Shown here one piece after another: positions 33,701 through 43,370 of a DNA stretch of 58,818 nucleotides. Location: the NCBI GenBank assembly GCA_964508045.1, contig CAZDSO010000002.1:1-58818 (forward strand), given 5' to 3'. How positions within the stretch are numbered: position 1 is the first letter of the stretch; every line of letters begins with the position of its first letter. The notes beneath the pieces were generated by a model. That model searched no databases and was not told the origin of the DNA. It saw nothing but the letters and a program-made list of their open reading frames with translations. The translations under genes were made by a program, and so were the position numbers. Origin of the DNA: an uncultured Planctomycetia bacterium (GTDB taxonomy: Bacteria > Planctomycetota > JAKEIC01 > CAZDSO01).

Positions 33701-34833
33701 TCCACCAGGAAGGGAAAGGCCTTGCCTTTCGACGCCCTCCACCCTCCGAGGACCTCGACGATCGACGCCAGCCGCTCCACGTCCTTATCGTCCTCCCCTG
33801 CCTCGAACCGTTCCCGGACCGCCCGCCGGACCGCTTCGGATTCGCTTCCCTCCGCCAGCATAAGAAGCGGAAGCGACTCCCAGCGCACGGCGGGATCAGC
33901 GGCTTTGCGGACGATCCCGGCCCGCGAGGCGGATTCCCCGCTCTCGAAGCGGCCGAGGGCCAAAACGGCCTCGCGCCGCACGGGAACCCGGGGATCGTCC
34001 AGGAGGTCCGCGAGGAAGGGAACCGCGAGCGAACCGGGCGCGCCGGTCCGGCCGAGCGCGTACGCGGCGCCGGCGCGGACCCCTCCGTCCGGGTCGCGCG
34101 CAAGGTTCACGAGCGCGGAGACCGTCCCTTGGGCGCCGGGTCCGATCCGCCCGAGGGTCCGTGCCGCGCTTTCCCGGACGGCGGGGCGTTCGTCCTCGAG
34201 GCATCCGGCGAGGAAGGGGACGGCTCCCTTGCCGAGGCCCCGGAGGCTGTGCAGGACGCGTGCCGCGTGGTCCGCCTCGGCTTGTTCCACCGTCGTCCGG
34301 AAGAGGGGAAGGAGGGCGGGATCGCCTGCAGGGATGCGGGACACGCATCTCGCGGACGTCGCGGCGAAGGGTCCGCGCCCGGCGACGGACCTGAGCAGGC
34401 CGGGAAGCGCGACGTCTCCGAGGATGGACAGGGGCTCTCGTTCGATGGCGAATGCGGGGTTTCCGATGTCGCCCGGGACCCTCTCGATCAGCCAGGGGAC
34501 GGCGGGTCTCGCGTCGTCCCCGAGCAGGCCGACCAGGGACGCGGCGCGGGAGGTCCGGCGTTCCAGGAGATTCTCGATCCAGGTCGTGTCGAAGGGGTCG
34601 CGGAGGGGATCGGTTTCGTCCGTTTCTTCCCCGACGTCCTCCCCGGGGGCCGGGGCCGGCGCGGCGGGTTCGGGTTCGGGTTCGGATCCGGATTCGGCGG
34701 GTTCCTCCGGCGGTGCCGCCTCCTTCTTCGCGTGAGGTTCCTCTTTCAAAACGGGTTCCGGCCCGCCGGCGCAGGAGAGGGGCAGGGCCGCCGCGAGGAG
34801 AAGGACTGCAAGCAGGTTGCGAGGATCAGGCAT
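30706..34833 (-). CDS. Giant HEAT-repeat/beta-propeller lipoprotein (mirror copy)
   Basis: Mirror of 23986..28113; the track gives an identical protein. Confidence 0.85.
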   Translation of the reverse strand: MPDPRNLLAVLLLAAALPLSCAGGPEPVLKEEPHAKKEAAPPEEPAESGSEPEPEPAAPAPAPGEDVGEETDETDPLRDPFDTTWIENLLERRTSRAASLVGLLGDDARPAVPWLIERVPGDIGNPAFAIEREPLSILGDVALPGLLRSVAGRGPFAATSARCVSRIPAGDPALLPLFRTTVEQAEADHAARVLHSLRGLGKGAVPFLAGCLEDERPAVRESAARTLGRIGPGAQGTVSALVNLARDPDGGVRAGAAYALGRTGAPGSLAVPFLADLLDDPRVPVRREAVLALGRFESGESASRAGIVRKAADPAVRWESLPLLMLAEGSESEAVRRAVRERFEAGEDDKDVERLASIVEVLGGWRASKGKAFPFLVEALSFADDVNRETIGGMLDGIDMPPEAAAPVWKRALRHASGPAFDRAVMFFLEANEALGPLRKDLVARLREALEAEHGRPEVVAGILALLAASGRPPDPQLVVKVFEPGRRWPDPVFAEAVRVLAMAPGKALGPLLDLALSRRGGHWHFDRPRWHWRALAARAIAGALPLEERGAARRRIALYPDPTVRFLAAPVPKLVSPAAPRARTWREGDLRVERIATEVSLPRTVQFTALERLGKTGRFLLLTSDGQLYTLASRPDGGVETEAYRDLPLAAHPPDRVPSFLPKIWEYLDASPEGGVFVAAGGDDDPGDRKALLLVYRADEPGPVLAGSLPVRWIRGAALDAEAGRIAAIDDAYGIHWLDVRLDPEPAFLGRASGSGGPDQRSCVLLSDGTVLTGTPQAGLLGARPGRAAHLLFCPEEEDAPVVSGPLPDGTVLFATVTDPAVRKMDPGTGRILWTSPLGSSFHRLEAGPVYWAAYGGSEIALGDTETGEVLGRLPLSEEGRATFSGEAHSHHRVVAFGAGGRALMAVAVSQERSWIIRFRLTRRSDRAGAVRGEDGTPSGAVPDGTPLERWIEDLRAERTDVRHAAASELGRLRGKARRALPALRQAIEEEMDAERPDAAFLSLLVDALGGIGKEAVPALAGLLEAQDPGVRAKACRALARLGPRAREASFPLAGRLGDIDWDVRLEAARALHALRPEARGAAVALRGALDDRSLRVREAALAALIAMGEAARLPLEAGLPESGGFQALYTIEALSALGVFEKKPLLLQTALSQLEGLLESGDALLRSESARVCGRLGPLAAPILQSLELGLFDEHFEVQRRTAESLRRVGGGSELGVSVLAGTLASEDPVLRRRCARALATLGPASPAALPALLEALEDGDGFVRAYAAEALRGMGSEGFEALAGRLGSSDPFLCEEAAHAFQGAGREALPALLAALQAEGSRGWGAVALGWMGPAASEAAPALEALAGDGDPWVRSVAAKARRRIAGRDAGR

Positions 34834-35377
34834 GGCTTCGATCCAGGGGCACGGATGGATGCGGAAGACGGGTCACGGAAACCGGGAGCATTGTAGCAGA
34901 ATGGCGCCGGTTGCGGAGTCAGGGGGGGGGTGTCGTTTCGTGGATTTGCGCGCCCGATGTTATAGGGTTCGCGCAAGAAGTACTTCCCATTTTGGGCGAG
35001 CCATTCGTCATCGCTGGCAAGGCGCGACGACGAGGTCGTGGCCTTGGCCACCCCGAGGAGGAGCAACGCAGCCAGCGGTGACGAGGATCTCTTCCTCCCG
35101 ATCCGGAAGACCGTTCCGCCAGGCGCCGAAGAGGAAGCCGATCCCGGCGCCGGACGACACGTCCCCTCGATCCATTCTATGCGCGGATCCTGTTCGTCAT
35201 TCTCGGTGGTTTCAAAATCCTCCCAAATTCACTTCGTGAATTTGGGGGATTTTGAAAAGCGGTCGAGGAAAGAAAGAGAGGTTGCAAACTGCTACCAGAT
35301 GGTGCACAATCCCTGTGTGAGGAGCCCGGGTTCATGAGGGAAGGCGTTCTGGAATTTTTTCTCAGAGGTCAAGCGAC

Positions 35378-35620
35378 ATGGCCACGCTGCACGTCAGGAA
35401 CGTCCCCGACCGGCTGTACGAGCGGATCCGGAAACGTGCGGGCAAGGTCGGGCGCTCTCTCAGCGCCGAGTTGGTGGCGTTGATCGAGAGGGGATTGGAA
35501 GAGGCCGAGCGGCGCTCGCGGCAAGGGCATCTGTTCAAGGGGATCCGGAAGCGCAGGTTCACTCCCCCCCCCGGGACGCCGGACAGCACGGACCTGATCC
35601 GGGAGGACCGGGACCGATGA
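35378..35620 (+). CDS. vapB: RHH antitoxin (mirror copy)
   Basis: Mirror of 23199..23441; identical protein. Confidence 0.8.
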   Translation: MATLHVRNVPDRLYERIRKRAGKVGRSLSAELVALIERGLEEAERRSRQGHLFKGIRKRRFTPPPGTPDSTDLIREDRDR

Positions 35621-36054
35621 AGGGCAAGAGCTTCGCCGTGGACGCGAGCGTTTGCCTCAAACTGTTCGTGGAAGAGAACCTGTCCGGCAAGGCGGAGGCC
35701 TTCTTCGAGCGGCTGGCCCTCGATCCGGAGACGAGGTTCTTCGTCCCCGATCTTCTCTACCTGGAATGCGCGAATGCCCTCTGGAAATACGTGAAGCGCT
35801 TCGGATACGCTCCCGATGAGGCGAAAAGAAGTCTCGCCCGTATCCTGGAGATCGATTTGATCCCCCTCCCCGTGGAGCAGCTCGCGAAGAACGCCCTCGC
35901 CCTCGCCCTGGATCTCGGCGTCACAGTCTACGACGCCAGCTACCTCGCCTGCGCGAAAGCCGCCCGCGCCCCCCTGGTGACGGCGGACGACCGCCTGGCC
36001 CGAAGGGCCGGGAAGGGAGACGTACGCGTTCTGCGTCTCGGGGACCTCGACTGA
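35617..36054 (+). CDS. vapC: PIN-domain toxin (mirror copy)
   Basis: Mirror of 22765..23202; identical protein. Confidence 0.85.
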   Translation: MKGKSFAVDASVCLKLFVEENLSGKAEAFFERLALDPETRFFVPDLLYLECANALWKYVKRFGYAPDEAKRSLARILEIDLIPLPVEQLAKNALALALDLGVTVYDASYLACAKAARAPLVTADDRLARRAGKGDVRVLRLGDLD

Positions 36055-36069
36055 TGAAAGGAACGGAGC

Positions 36070-37638
36070 ATGGAACGCGGGATGAGCCTCCGGTTCGAAA
36101 ACGGCGTCGTCCGGACGATGGACGAAAAGGGAACCGTGGCCTCGGCCGTGGCGGTCCAGAACGGGCGGATCGCCTGGGTCGGCGAGACGAGGGACGCGCC
36201 CCCCGCCGAGAAGACCGTCGACCTGCAGGGCCGGTGCGTCCTGCCCGGCTTCACCGATTCCCACGGCCACCTGGTCTCCTGGGCCGCCGGTCTCGCCCGC
36301 ATCGACCTGAGAACCTTCGATACGCTCGAGGACGCGATGGAGGCGGTCGGAAAGCGCGTTGCCTCGGCGAAGCCCGGCGAATGGGTTCTCGGGCGGGGAT
36401 GGGTGTTCCGGGGCTGGGGGCTCGAGGGCTTCCCGGACCGGTCCATGATCGACCGCGTCTCCGGCGACGTCCCGGTGGCGCTCAGCTCCATGGACGGCCA
36501 CGTGCTGTGGGTGAACTCGGCGGCCCTCCGGGTGGCCGGCATCGACGCGGACACGCCCGACCCGGACGGCGGGGCCTTCGAGCGGGATCGCGAAGGGCGT
36601 CCCACGGGCATCCTCAAGGAGCGCGCGGCGGACGCCTTCAAGGAGCGCATTCCCCAGGATCCGCCGGACCGGCTTGCGGAAGCCCTGGAGGGGGCCCAGG
36701 CGATCCTCCACGGCTTCGGGATCGTCTCGGTGCACGCGCCGGAGCGGAAGAAGTCGCTTCGCGCGCTCCAGCGTCTTCGTGCGGCGCGGAAGCTGAAGCT
36801 TCGCGTCCGCTACTTCCTCGCCGGTGAGGAGCTGCCGGGTGCTGCGTCCGTGGGGCTGGAAGGCGGCTTCGGCGACGATCTCCTCCGGATCGAAGGCGTG
36901 AAGATGTTCGCCGACGGCGCCGTGCTCGCCGAGACGGCCCACATGCTGGAGCCCTACGGCAAGGCGTCCTCCCGCGGCATCCCCGTGACCGGCCGGGAGG
37001 ATCTCGAGGCCGTGATCCGCGAGGCCGCGAGCTTCCGCCTTCCCGTCATGGTCCACGCCATCGGCGACGCCGCCAACCGCACCGTCCTGGACGCGATCGA
37101 GAACGCGGGCGGGTCCCTGGACCGGCCCTACCGCATCGAGCACGCGCAGCACCTGCACGAGGACGACCTGGTACGGTTCCAGAAGCTCGGGATCACGGCG
37201 TCGGTCCAGCCGATCCACCTCTCTTTGGACCTCGATCAGATCGACCGGGCCCTGGGGGAGCGGGGCGCGAACGCCTACCGGTTCCGCACGCTTCTGGACG
37301 CGGGGGTCAGGCTCGTGTTCGGATCGGACATGCCGGTGGCCGACCCCAATCCCTGGTTCGGGGTCCACGCGGCGGTGAGGCGCGCCCGGCTGGACGGGAC
37401 GCCCGAGGAGGGTTGGTACCCTGCGGAGCGCATCGGGGTGGAGGAGGCGATCCGGGCCTACACGACGGCGCCGGCGGAGGCGTCGGGGGACGGCGCGGAG
37501 AGGGGAAGCGTGGAGGCCGGCAAGCGGGCGGACCTGTGCGTGACGGACCGGGATCCGTTCTCCATCCCCGCGGAGGATCTCCGGAACGTCCGGGTGGATC
37601 TGACGGTCTTCGACGGCGAGATCGTGCACCGGCGCTGA
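36070..37638 (+). CDS. Amidohydrolase-3 (YtcJ-like) (mirror copy)
   Basis: Mirror of 21181..22749; identical protein. Confidence 0.88.
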   Translation: MERGMSLRFENGVVRTMDEKGTVASAVAVQNGRIAWVGETRDAPPAEKTVDLQGRCVLPGFTDSHGHLVSWAAGLARIDLRTFDTLEDAMEAVGKRVASAKPGEWVLGRGWVFRGWGLEGFPDRSMIDRVSGDVPVALSSMDGHVLWVNSAALRVAGIDADTPDPDGGAFERDREGRPTGILKERAADAFKERIPQDPPDRLAEALEGAQAILHGFGIVSVHAPERKKSLRALQRLRAARKLKLRVRYFLAGEELPGAASVGLEGGFGDDLLRIEGVKMFADGAVLAETAHMLEPYGKASSRGIPVTGREDLEAVIREAASFRLPVMVHAIGDAANRTVLDAIENAGGSLDRPYRIEHAQHLHEDDLVRFQKLGITASVQPIHLSLDLDQIDRALGERGANAYRFRTLLDAGVRLVFGSDMPVADPNPWFGVHAAVRRARLDGTPEEGWYPAERIGVEEAIRAYTTAPAEASGDGAERGSVEAGKRADLCVTDRDPFSIPAEDLRNVRVDLTVFDGEIVHRR

Positions 37639-38009
37639 AAGGACAATACGAAAGCCGCTTCGCGCGGCCAAGACGGGCAAGAAGCCGGAGTTGGCAAGTC
37701 TTTCGACTCTGAGAACGCTGAAGTATTTTCGATGGAGGGAAGCCACCTTCCCCCAAAGCCCTTTCAGCGTAGTCCAGTAGAATCTCAGTGTTTTCAGGCT
37801 CGAGATAACACTGCAGCACCGGAGATGTTCTCGGAAAGAAAACAATCCAAGGCATGGGGGTCCAAGGCGCTGATGTTGTGGGCTACAATGGCGGGAGAAG
37901 AGAAGCGGGAGGGCCGGCATGCCGGGTCTGCAACCTTTCGGGATGCCGCCGGCTGGCCTCGGATTCCCCGACATCTGAAATCCCTGCGCTGGCGAGAGGG
38001 GGGCCGTCC

Positions 38010-38357
38010 ATGAGCGAAGACTTCGTGGCCGTCGTCACGGCCGAGAGCGAGGCGAAGGCGAAGTTCCTCGAGACGATCCTGAAAAGCCACGGCATCGAGG
38101 TCCGCCTGTCGCTGAACACGAAGGTCCAGGTGCTGAGCGACACGTCGCGTCGCCCCTACGACGTCCTGGTGCCGGCCGGGGAGGCCGAGCGGGCCCTCGA
38201 CATCTTCCAGAGCGGAAAGACGCGGGCGATCGATTTCCGGGACGAGGACTCGAACCTCGCGATCCTCATCTGCCCGCACTGCGGGAAGCGCATCCGCATC
38301 ACCAAGGCGCTGAAGAACAGCGTGAAGCGCTGCCCGGCCTGCCTGCGGGAGCTGTGA
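38010..38357 (+). CDS. DUF2007-like zinc-ribbon protein (mirror copy)
   Basis: Mirror of 20462..20809. Confidence 0.65.
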   Translation: MSEDFVAVVTAESEAKAKFLETILKSHGIEVRLSLNTKVQVLSDTSRRPYDVLVPAGEAERALDIFQSGKTRAIDFRDEDSNLAILICPHCGKRIRITKALKNSVKRCPACLREL

Positions 38358-38576
38358 CAGGGTGTCCATGGCATTCCACATTCTCAGAGGGATGCATCGT
38401 TTTTTTTGTGACATTTCATCCCATCGCATCGTCGCCAGGAATAGAAGATGGCAACCGTCAAAGTGGAGCCACAGCGCGAATGGTTCTTTCGTGCCCCGGA
38501 CTCTTGGGCAGGGATTTCCGATTTCGGCGGTAGCGGCGGCCGGGAGCGCGGGCATCCAGGGAGGTGGATCGGGCGG

Positions 38577-39347
38577 CTAGAAGCGCAGGCGCGCCTCGAG
38601 CAGGAACTCGAAGATGTAGGCGCGGGGCTTGTCCACGACCTGGGCGCCGCTGGCCGCGCCGACGTACATGTGCGGCAGGGGCGAGACGGAGAGGAGGAAG
38701 GAGAAGCGATGGGTCATCTTGTCCTGGAGGAACTTCTCCCGGTCAGTGAAGTGAGGGTCTTCGCGGAAACGGCACATGGACACCGTCGAGAAGAGGGCGA
38801 TCCGCACGTCCTCGATCTGGCCCATGAAGCCCAGATGGATCTCTTCGAGCGAGTCCATCCGGAACCCCCTGCCCATGTCCGCCATTTTCCTGGACGCGAG
38901 GGCGTAGGGGTTGCAGAAGAAGGTGATCAGGGAGGGGAAGATCTTGATCTCGCGGTTCTTGTCCTCGACCGGCTCGGCGGGAGCGGACTTCTTCTTGAGA
39001 TCACACAGCAGGATCTCGATGTCCGGATCGGGCAGGGCGATGGACTGGAAGAAGGCGTCCCGGATCCTCGGGGTGGGGAGCGACGGTCGCGGGGCATTCG
39101 GCGCGGGCGGCGCCGGCGTGATCAGGTCCGGTGCCTGGGAGGCGAGGCGTGCGGGGCCGGTCTCGACGAACGAGATCACGGCGAGGGGGGGCTCGGCGGT
39201 GAGCGCCGAGGAGAAGGGCCGGGTGGAGGTGGGGGAGAAGGAGAGGGTTCCGGAAAGCCTCGTCACGGGGTCGGCCAGGGCCGTGGAGGCCGAAAGGAAT
39301 ACGATCGCCGTGGCGAGGAGGATCCAAAGGCGGCTCGGGTTGCGCAT
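38577..39347 (-). CDS. Secreted OMP-like hypothetical protein (mirror copy)
   Basis: Mirror of 19472..20242; identical protein. Confidence 0.6.
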   Translation of the reverse strand: MRNPSRLWILLATAIVFLSASTALADPVTRLSGTLSFSPTSTRPFSSALTAEPPLAVISFVETGPARLASQAPDLITPAPPAPNAPRPSLPTPRIRDAFFQSIALPDPDIEILLCDLKKKSAPAEPVEDKNREIKIFPSLITFFCNPYALASRKMADMGRGFRMDSLEEIHLGFMGQIEDVRIALFSTVSMCRFREDPHFTDREKFLQDKMTHRFSFLLSVSPLPHMYVGAASGAQVVDKPRAYIFEFLLEARLRF

Positions 39348-39465
39348 GGCGTGCCCTTCCGAAGTTCCGATACGGACTCCCCTCTCCTTTAGGGCATCGG
39401 CCGGGGGGGGACGCGTCTTGACCCCGAATCCCCGAAAGGCGGGAAAAAGCGGAAGGTCTCCCCGG

Positions 39466-40473
39466 TCATTTTTCCATGCCCAGCGCCTTTTTCGTGCGGG
39501 GGCCGACGATGCCGTCGGTGGTGAGGCCCCGGGCCTTCTGGAGGGCGAGGACGGCCTGCAGGGTGCGGGGCCCGAAGAGGCCGTCGACGGGGCCGGGGTC
39601 GAAGCCCTTGCGTTTCAGCAGCCGCTGGACGTCGCGGACCTCGGGCTTTTTCAGCAGGCGCCGGTTGACCTCGATGTGGGGACCTCTCTTCAGGCACCAG
39701 TCGGCCAGGGCGCGGACGTCGGGCCACGGCTTGCGGGCCGTGAGAAAGGCGAACACGCCGTATTCGCCCTTCTTGCCCACGTACCCGACGTAGCAGTGGC
39801 GGGAGGCCCTCGTGTAGCCGGTCTTGAGGTAGACGGGGCGGCGGCCGTCCCACAGGAGGCGGTTGTGGTTCCGAAGCCGGATGCGGCGCCCCCGTCCGCT
39901 CTCGATCCAGGTCTCCTTGATCGACATGACCTTCCGGATGAAGGCGTTCGTCAGGGCGGCCTGCATGATCGTGACGAGGTCGGAGGCCGTGGTGACCTGC
40001 CCCTGGGCGGGCAGGCCGCTCGCGCGCTTGAACACCGTGCGCCGGGCCCCCAGCTTCTTCGCCTTCTCCGTCATCCACACGGCGAAGCGCCACTCCGATC
40101 CCGCCACGCCCTCGGCCAGCGCGCAGGCCGCGTCGTTGCCGGAATTGATGAGGGCCGCGCGGACCAGGTCCTCCACGCGGAACGTCTCGCCCGCACGGAC
40201 GCCGATCTTCGTGGGCTCCTGGGACGCAGCGCGCCGGGAAACCGTCACCCGCGTCTCCGGGGAGACGCGCTCCAGCGCCACCAGGGCCGCCATCACCTTC
40301 GCCGTGCTGGCCGGCGGCGCCTTGTACGCCGCGTTCCTCTCCCAGAGCATCGCTCCGTTCCGGTCCCCCACCGCCGCCGATTTGGCCGTGAGCCAGGGGC
40401 CGGAAGCCTCGGCCCGCGCAGCCGCGAGGATCGCGACCAGAAATGCCGTCGAACATGCCGTGATGCGTCTCAT
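39466..40473 (-). CDS. S11 D-Ala-D-Ala carboxypeptidase with PG-binding domain (mirror copy)
   Basis: Mirror of 18346..19353. Confidence 0.9.
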   Translation of the reverse strand: MRRITACSTAFLVAILAAARAEASGPWLTAKSAAVGDRNGAMLWERNAAYKAPPASTAKVMAALVALERVSPETRVTVSRRAASQEPTKIGVRAGETFRVEDLVRAALINSGNDAACALAEGVAGSEWRFAVWMTEKAKKLGARRTVFKRASGLPAQGQVTTASDLVTIMQAALTNAFIRKVMSIKETWIESGRGRRIRLRNHNRLLWDGRRPVYLKTGYTRASRHCYVGYVGKKGEYGVFAFLTARKPWPDVRALADWCLKRGPHIEVNRRLLKKPEVRDVQRLLKRKGFDPGPVDGLFGPRTLQAVLALQKARGLTTDGIVGPRTKKALGMEK

Positions 40474-40565
40474 GGATTCCATCCTTCTTTGCGTATCGCT
40501 AGCATCCCGTTGAAATCCCGATCGATGACGGTCCATTATCTCCATCGTCCGGAACGGGCCCGGCC

Positions 40566-41675
40566 TTGAATGTTCTCCCCCGCGTTGCATTCCCTCTCCC
40601 GGCCTCCTATACTCGGTTGGAGGGGATTTTTCTCGAAGCGGAAAGGACGGAAAGGCCCTCCGGAAAGGGGGTCTCCATCGGCTGGTCCCTGAAAATCGGC
40701 CGGCTCCTCGGCGCCGAGATTCGCGTCCACTGGCTCTTTCTGGCCCTGTTCGTCATCGTGGGCCTTCGCGACCTCATCCGTCAGGAGTCCATCGGGCGGG
40801 TGCTCGGCCTCGCGGCCCTGGGCGTGATCTTCCTTTCCGTCTTTCTCCACGAGCTGGGCCACGTCTGGACGGGGCTTCGCGCCGGCGGGAAGGCCCGCCA
40901 GATCCTGATGTGGCCCCTGGGCGGCATGGCCGAGATCGAGGGCGTGCCCCCCTTCCCCGGGCCCCAGATCCGCGTCTCCGCCATGGGCCCCGCCGTCAAC
41001 CTCGTCCTCTCCCTCCTCTGCCTCGGCCTCCTCGCCCTGGCGGGCCTCTCCCCCTTCCGGTGGCACGGGTTCGGACCCTACCTCCTCCAGGTGGGCTTTC
41101 TCGGCAACGCCGTCCTCTTCGCCTTCAACCTCGTCCCCCTCTTCCCCCTGGACGGCGCCGACGTCCTGCGCTGGACCCTCATCGCCCGGGACGCCGACCG
41201 GGGCTACGCCGCGTCCACCCTCACCGTGGTCAAGGTGGGCAAGGCCGCGGCCGTCTTGCTGGGAATCGCGGGCATCGTCCTCTTCCTCGCCGGGGAGAAG
41301 GTGCCGCCCTGGATCTCCGAAAACGGCATCCTCCTCCTCCTCTTCGCCGTCGTCGGATACCTCTTCTGCGAGCGGGAGAAGCGCCTTCTCGAGTACGGCG
41401 CCCTCGCCTCCGTCCTCGACGGCGAGGAGCGGTACGCCGCCGAGGCCTTCACCCCGAAACCCGCCCCGGAACCGGGATGGCTCGATCGAAGGCGCATCCG
41501 CCGCATCCAGAAGAAACGGGAAAAGGAAGTGCGCCGGCAAGTGGAAGTCCGGAAACGCGTGGACTTCCTCCTCGACAAGATCGCCAAGGAAGGCATCACC
41601 GCCCTGTCCGAGCGGGAGAGGGCCTTCCTCCGCGACGCCAGCAAGCACTACCAGAAGGACGAGGCGCCGAAGTGA
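40566..41675 (+). CDS. M50 site-2 protease-like metalloprotease (mirror copy)
   Basis: Mirror of 17144..18253; identical protein. Confidence 0.85.
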   Translation: MNVLPRVAFPLPASYTRLEGIFLEAERTERPSGKGVSIGWSLKIGRLLGAEIRVHWLFLALFVIVGLRDLIRQESIGRVLGLAALGVIFLSVFLHELGHVWTGLRAGGKARQILMWPLGGMAEIEGVPPFPGPQIRVSAMGPAVNLVLSLLCLGLLALAGLSPFRWHGFGPYLLQVGFLGNAVLFAFNLVPLFPLDGADVLRWTLIARDADRGYAASTLTVVKVGKAAAVLLGIAGIVLFLAGEKVPPWISENGILLLLFAVVGYLFCEREKRLLEYGALASVLDGEERYAAEAFTPKPAPEPGWLDRRRIRRIQKKREKEVRRQVEVRKRVDFLLDKIAKEGITALSERERAFLRDASKHYQKDEAPK

Positions 41676-41729
41676 CCCCCTCGACAGGCCCCGCCTTTTC
41701 CTTCGTGAAGGCGGGGCCTGTCGAGGGAT

Positions 41730-43112
41730 CTACCCCTTCCCCTTGTACGGCCGGAGGCGGAACCGCGCCCCCGCCTCTTCCGCGATCCGCCGGCAGGCTT
41801 CCTCGTCCACCCCGTCCTGGCCGCCCACGATCGAGAGGGTCACGTTTCCGATCCGCGTCCGGGCCGAGGTCGCGAAGTCCACGACGGCCTCGAACGTCCC
41901 CTCCCCGAACGACGGCCGGCACAGGCGCGCGTACGTCGCGGCGTCGTGCGCGTTCAGGCTCACCGAGACCTCGTCCACCGCCGACGCCAGCGCGGGCGTC
42001 ACGTCGCGCCCGGCGACCAGGTTCGCCGTGCCGTTGGTGTCGAGGCGCACGTGCAGGCCCTTTTCGCGCAGGCGCTTCCCGACGTCGATCACGGCGTCGA
42101 GGCGGAGCGTCGGCTCGCCGAAGCCGCAGAAGACGACCTCGCGGTACCGGTCCGGATGCGCGCCGGAGACGGCCGCGAGGACCTCCTGGACCGTGGGTTC
42201 GGCGGGAAGCGCGAGCTCGTGCCCTCCCGCGACGGGACGGGTTTCCCGGGGGCAGAAGCGGCACCGGTTGGTGCAGCGGTTGGTGAGGTTGACGTAGAGG
42301 GCGTCCCGGATGGGGTAGGCGATGCGCTCGGGGGGCACCGGGGGGCCGAGGCCGAAGAGCGTGCGGGCGTTCAGGGAGGTGACGCGCCCGGCGTCTTCGG
42401 GCGAGACGCCGTGCAGCCGGGCCTGGACGCGCGCCACCTCGGTCACGAAGGCGGGTTCGTTTCGTTTCCCGCGCCGGCTCTGGGGGGCGAGGAAGGGGGC
42501 GTCGGTTTCGATCAGGAGCCTTTCGAGGGGGACGGAGGCGGCGGCCTTGCGGGCCTTCCGGGCGTTTGTGTAGGTGAGGGGGCCGGCGAAGGAGAGGTGG
42601 AAGCCGAGCGCCAGGGCCTCGGCGGCCTCGTCGGCGTCGCCGGAGAAGCAGTGGATCACGCCTCGTTTCGGGGGGGGGTGTTGCCGGAGGATCCCGATCG
42701 TGTCCTCCCAGGCCTGCCGCGTGTGGATGATGACGGGAAGGTCCAGCCGGGAAGCGAGGTCGAGCTGATCCCGGAAGGCGCGTTGCTGGAGGTCCCGGGG
42801 GGAGCGGTCGCGGTAGTAGTCGAGGCCGATCTCGCCGACGGCCGCCGCTCCGCCTCGGGCCAGGGCTTCGAGGTCCGAGAGCGCGGCGGGGGAGGCTTGT
42901 CCGGCCTCGTGGGGGTGGATGCCCGCGGAGGCGCGGACGTTTTCGAAACGGGAAGCGATCTCGAGGCAGGTTTTCGTGGCCTCGAGGTCGGTTCCGACGG
43001 TGAGGACGGCGCCGACGCCGGCGTCGCGGGCGCGGCGGAGCACGGCGTCGCGTTCGCCGTCGAATGCCGGAAAATCGAGGTGGGCGTGGGAATCGATGTA
43101 GGGCTGGATCAT
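41730..43112 (-). CDS. TatD hydrolase + radical-SAM fusion (mirror copy)
   Basis: Mirror of 15707..17089; identical protein. Confidence 0.88.
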   Translation of the reverse strand: MIQPYIDSHAHLDFPAFDGERDAVLRRARDAGVGAVLTVGTDLEATKTCLEIASRFENVRASAGIHPHEAGQASPAALSDLEALARGGAAAVGEIGLDYYRDRSPRDLQQRAFRDQLDLASRLDLPVIIHTRQAWEDTIGILRQHPPPKRGVIHCFSGDADEAAEALALGFHLSFAGPLTYTNARKARKAAASVPLERLLIETDAPFLAPQSRRGKRNEPAFVTEVARVQARLHGVSPEDAGRVTSLNARTLFGLGPPVPPERIAYPIRDALYVNLTNRCTNRCRFCPRETRPVAGGHELALPAEPTVQEVLAAVSGAHPDRYREVVFCGFGEPTLRLDAVIDVGKRLREKGLHVRLDTNGTANLVAGRDVTPALASAVDEVSVSLNAHDAATYARLCRPSFGEGTFEAVVDFATSARTRIGNVTLSIVGGQDGVDEEACRRIAEEAGARFRLRPYKGKG

Positions 43113-43370
43113 GGGGCGCCGGCCTTTCGAGCATTCCGGGGATCGATCCTCGATTGTAGACGCCCGGTGGGCGTTTGTGGATGCTTGTTTTTCCTTCGGT
43201 GGGCCCTTCGCGCTGTCGCCGGATACAGATTTCAGATTTCAGCCGCCGGATTTCAGCCGCGGGGGCCGCCTTTGTCCTTGCACCCGTCCGGAGGATTGCT
43301 AACATGGCCGATTCTACGCCTCTCGAGCGGGATGTCCGTTCGCGTACCCTAGGAACAAGGAGCGAGGCCG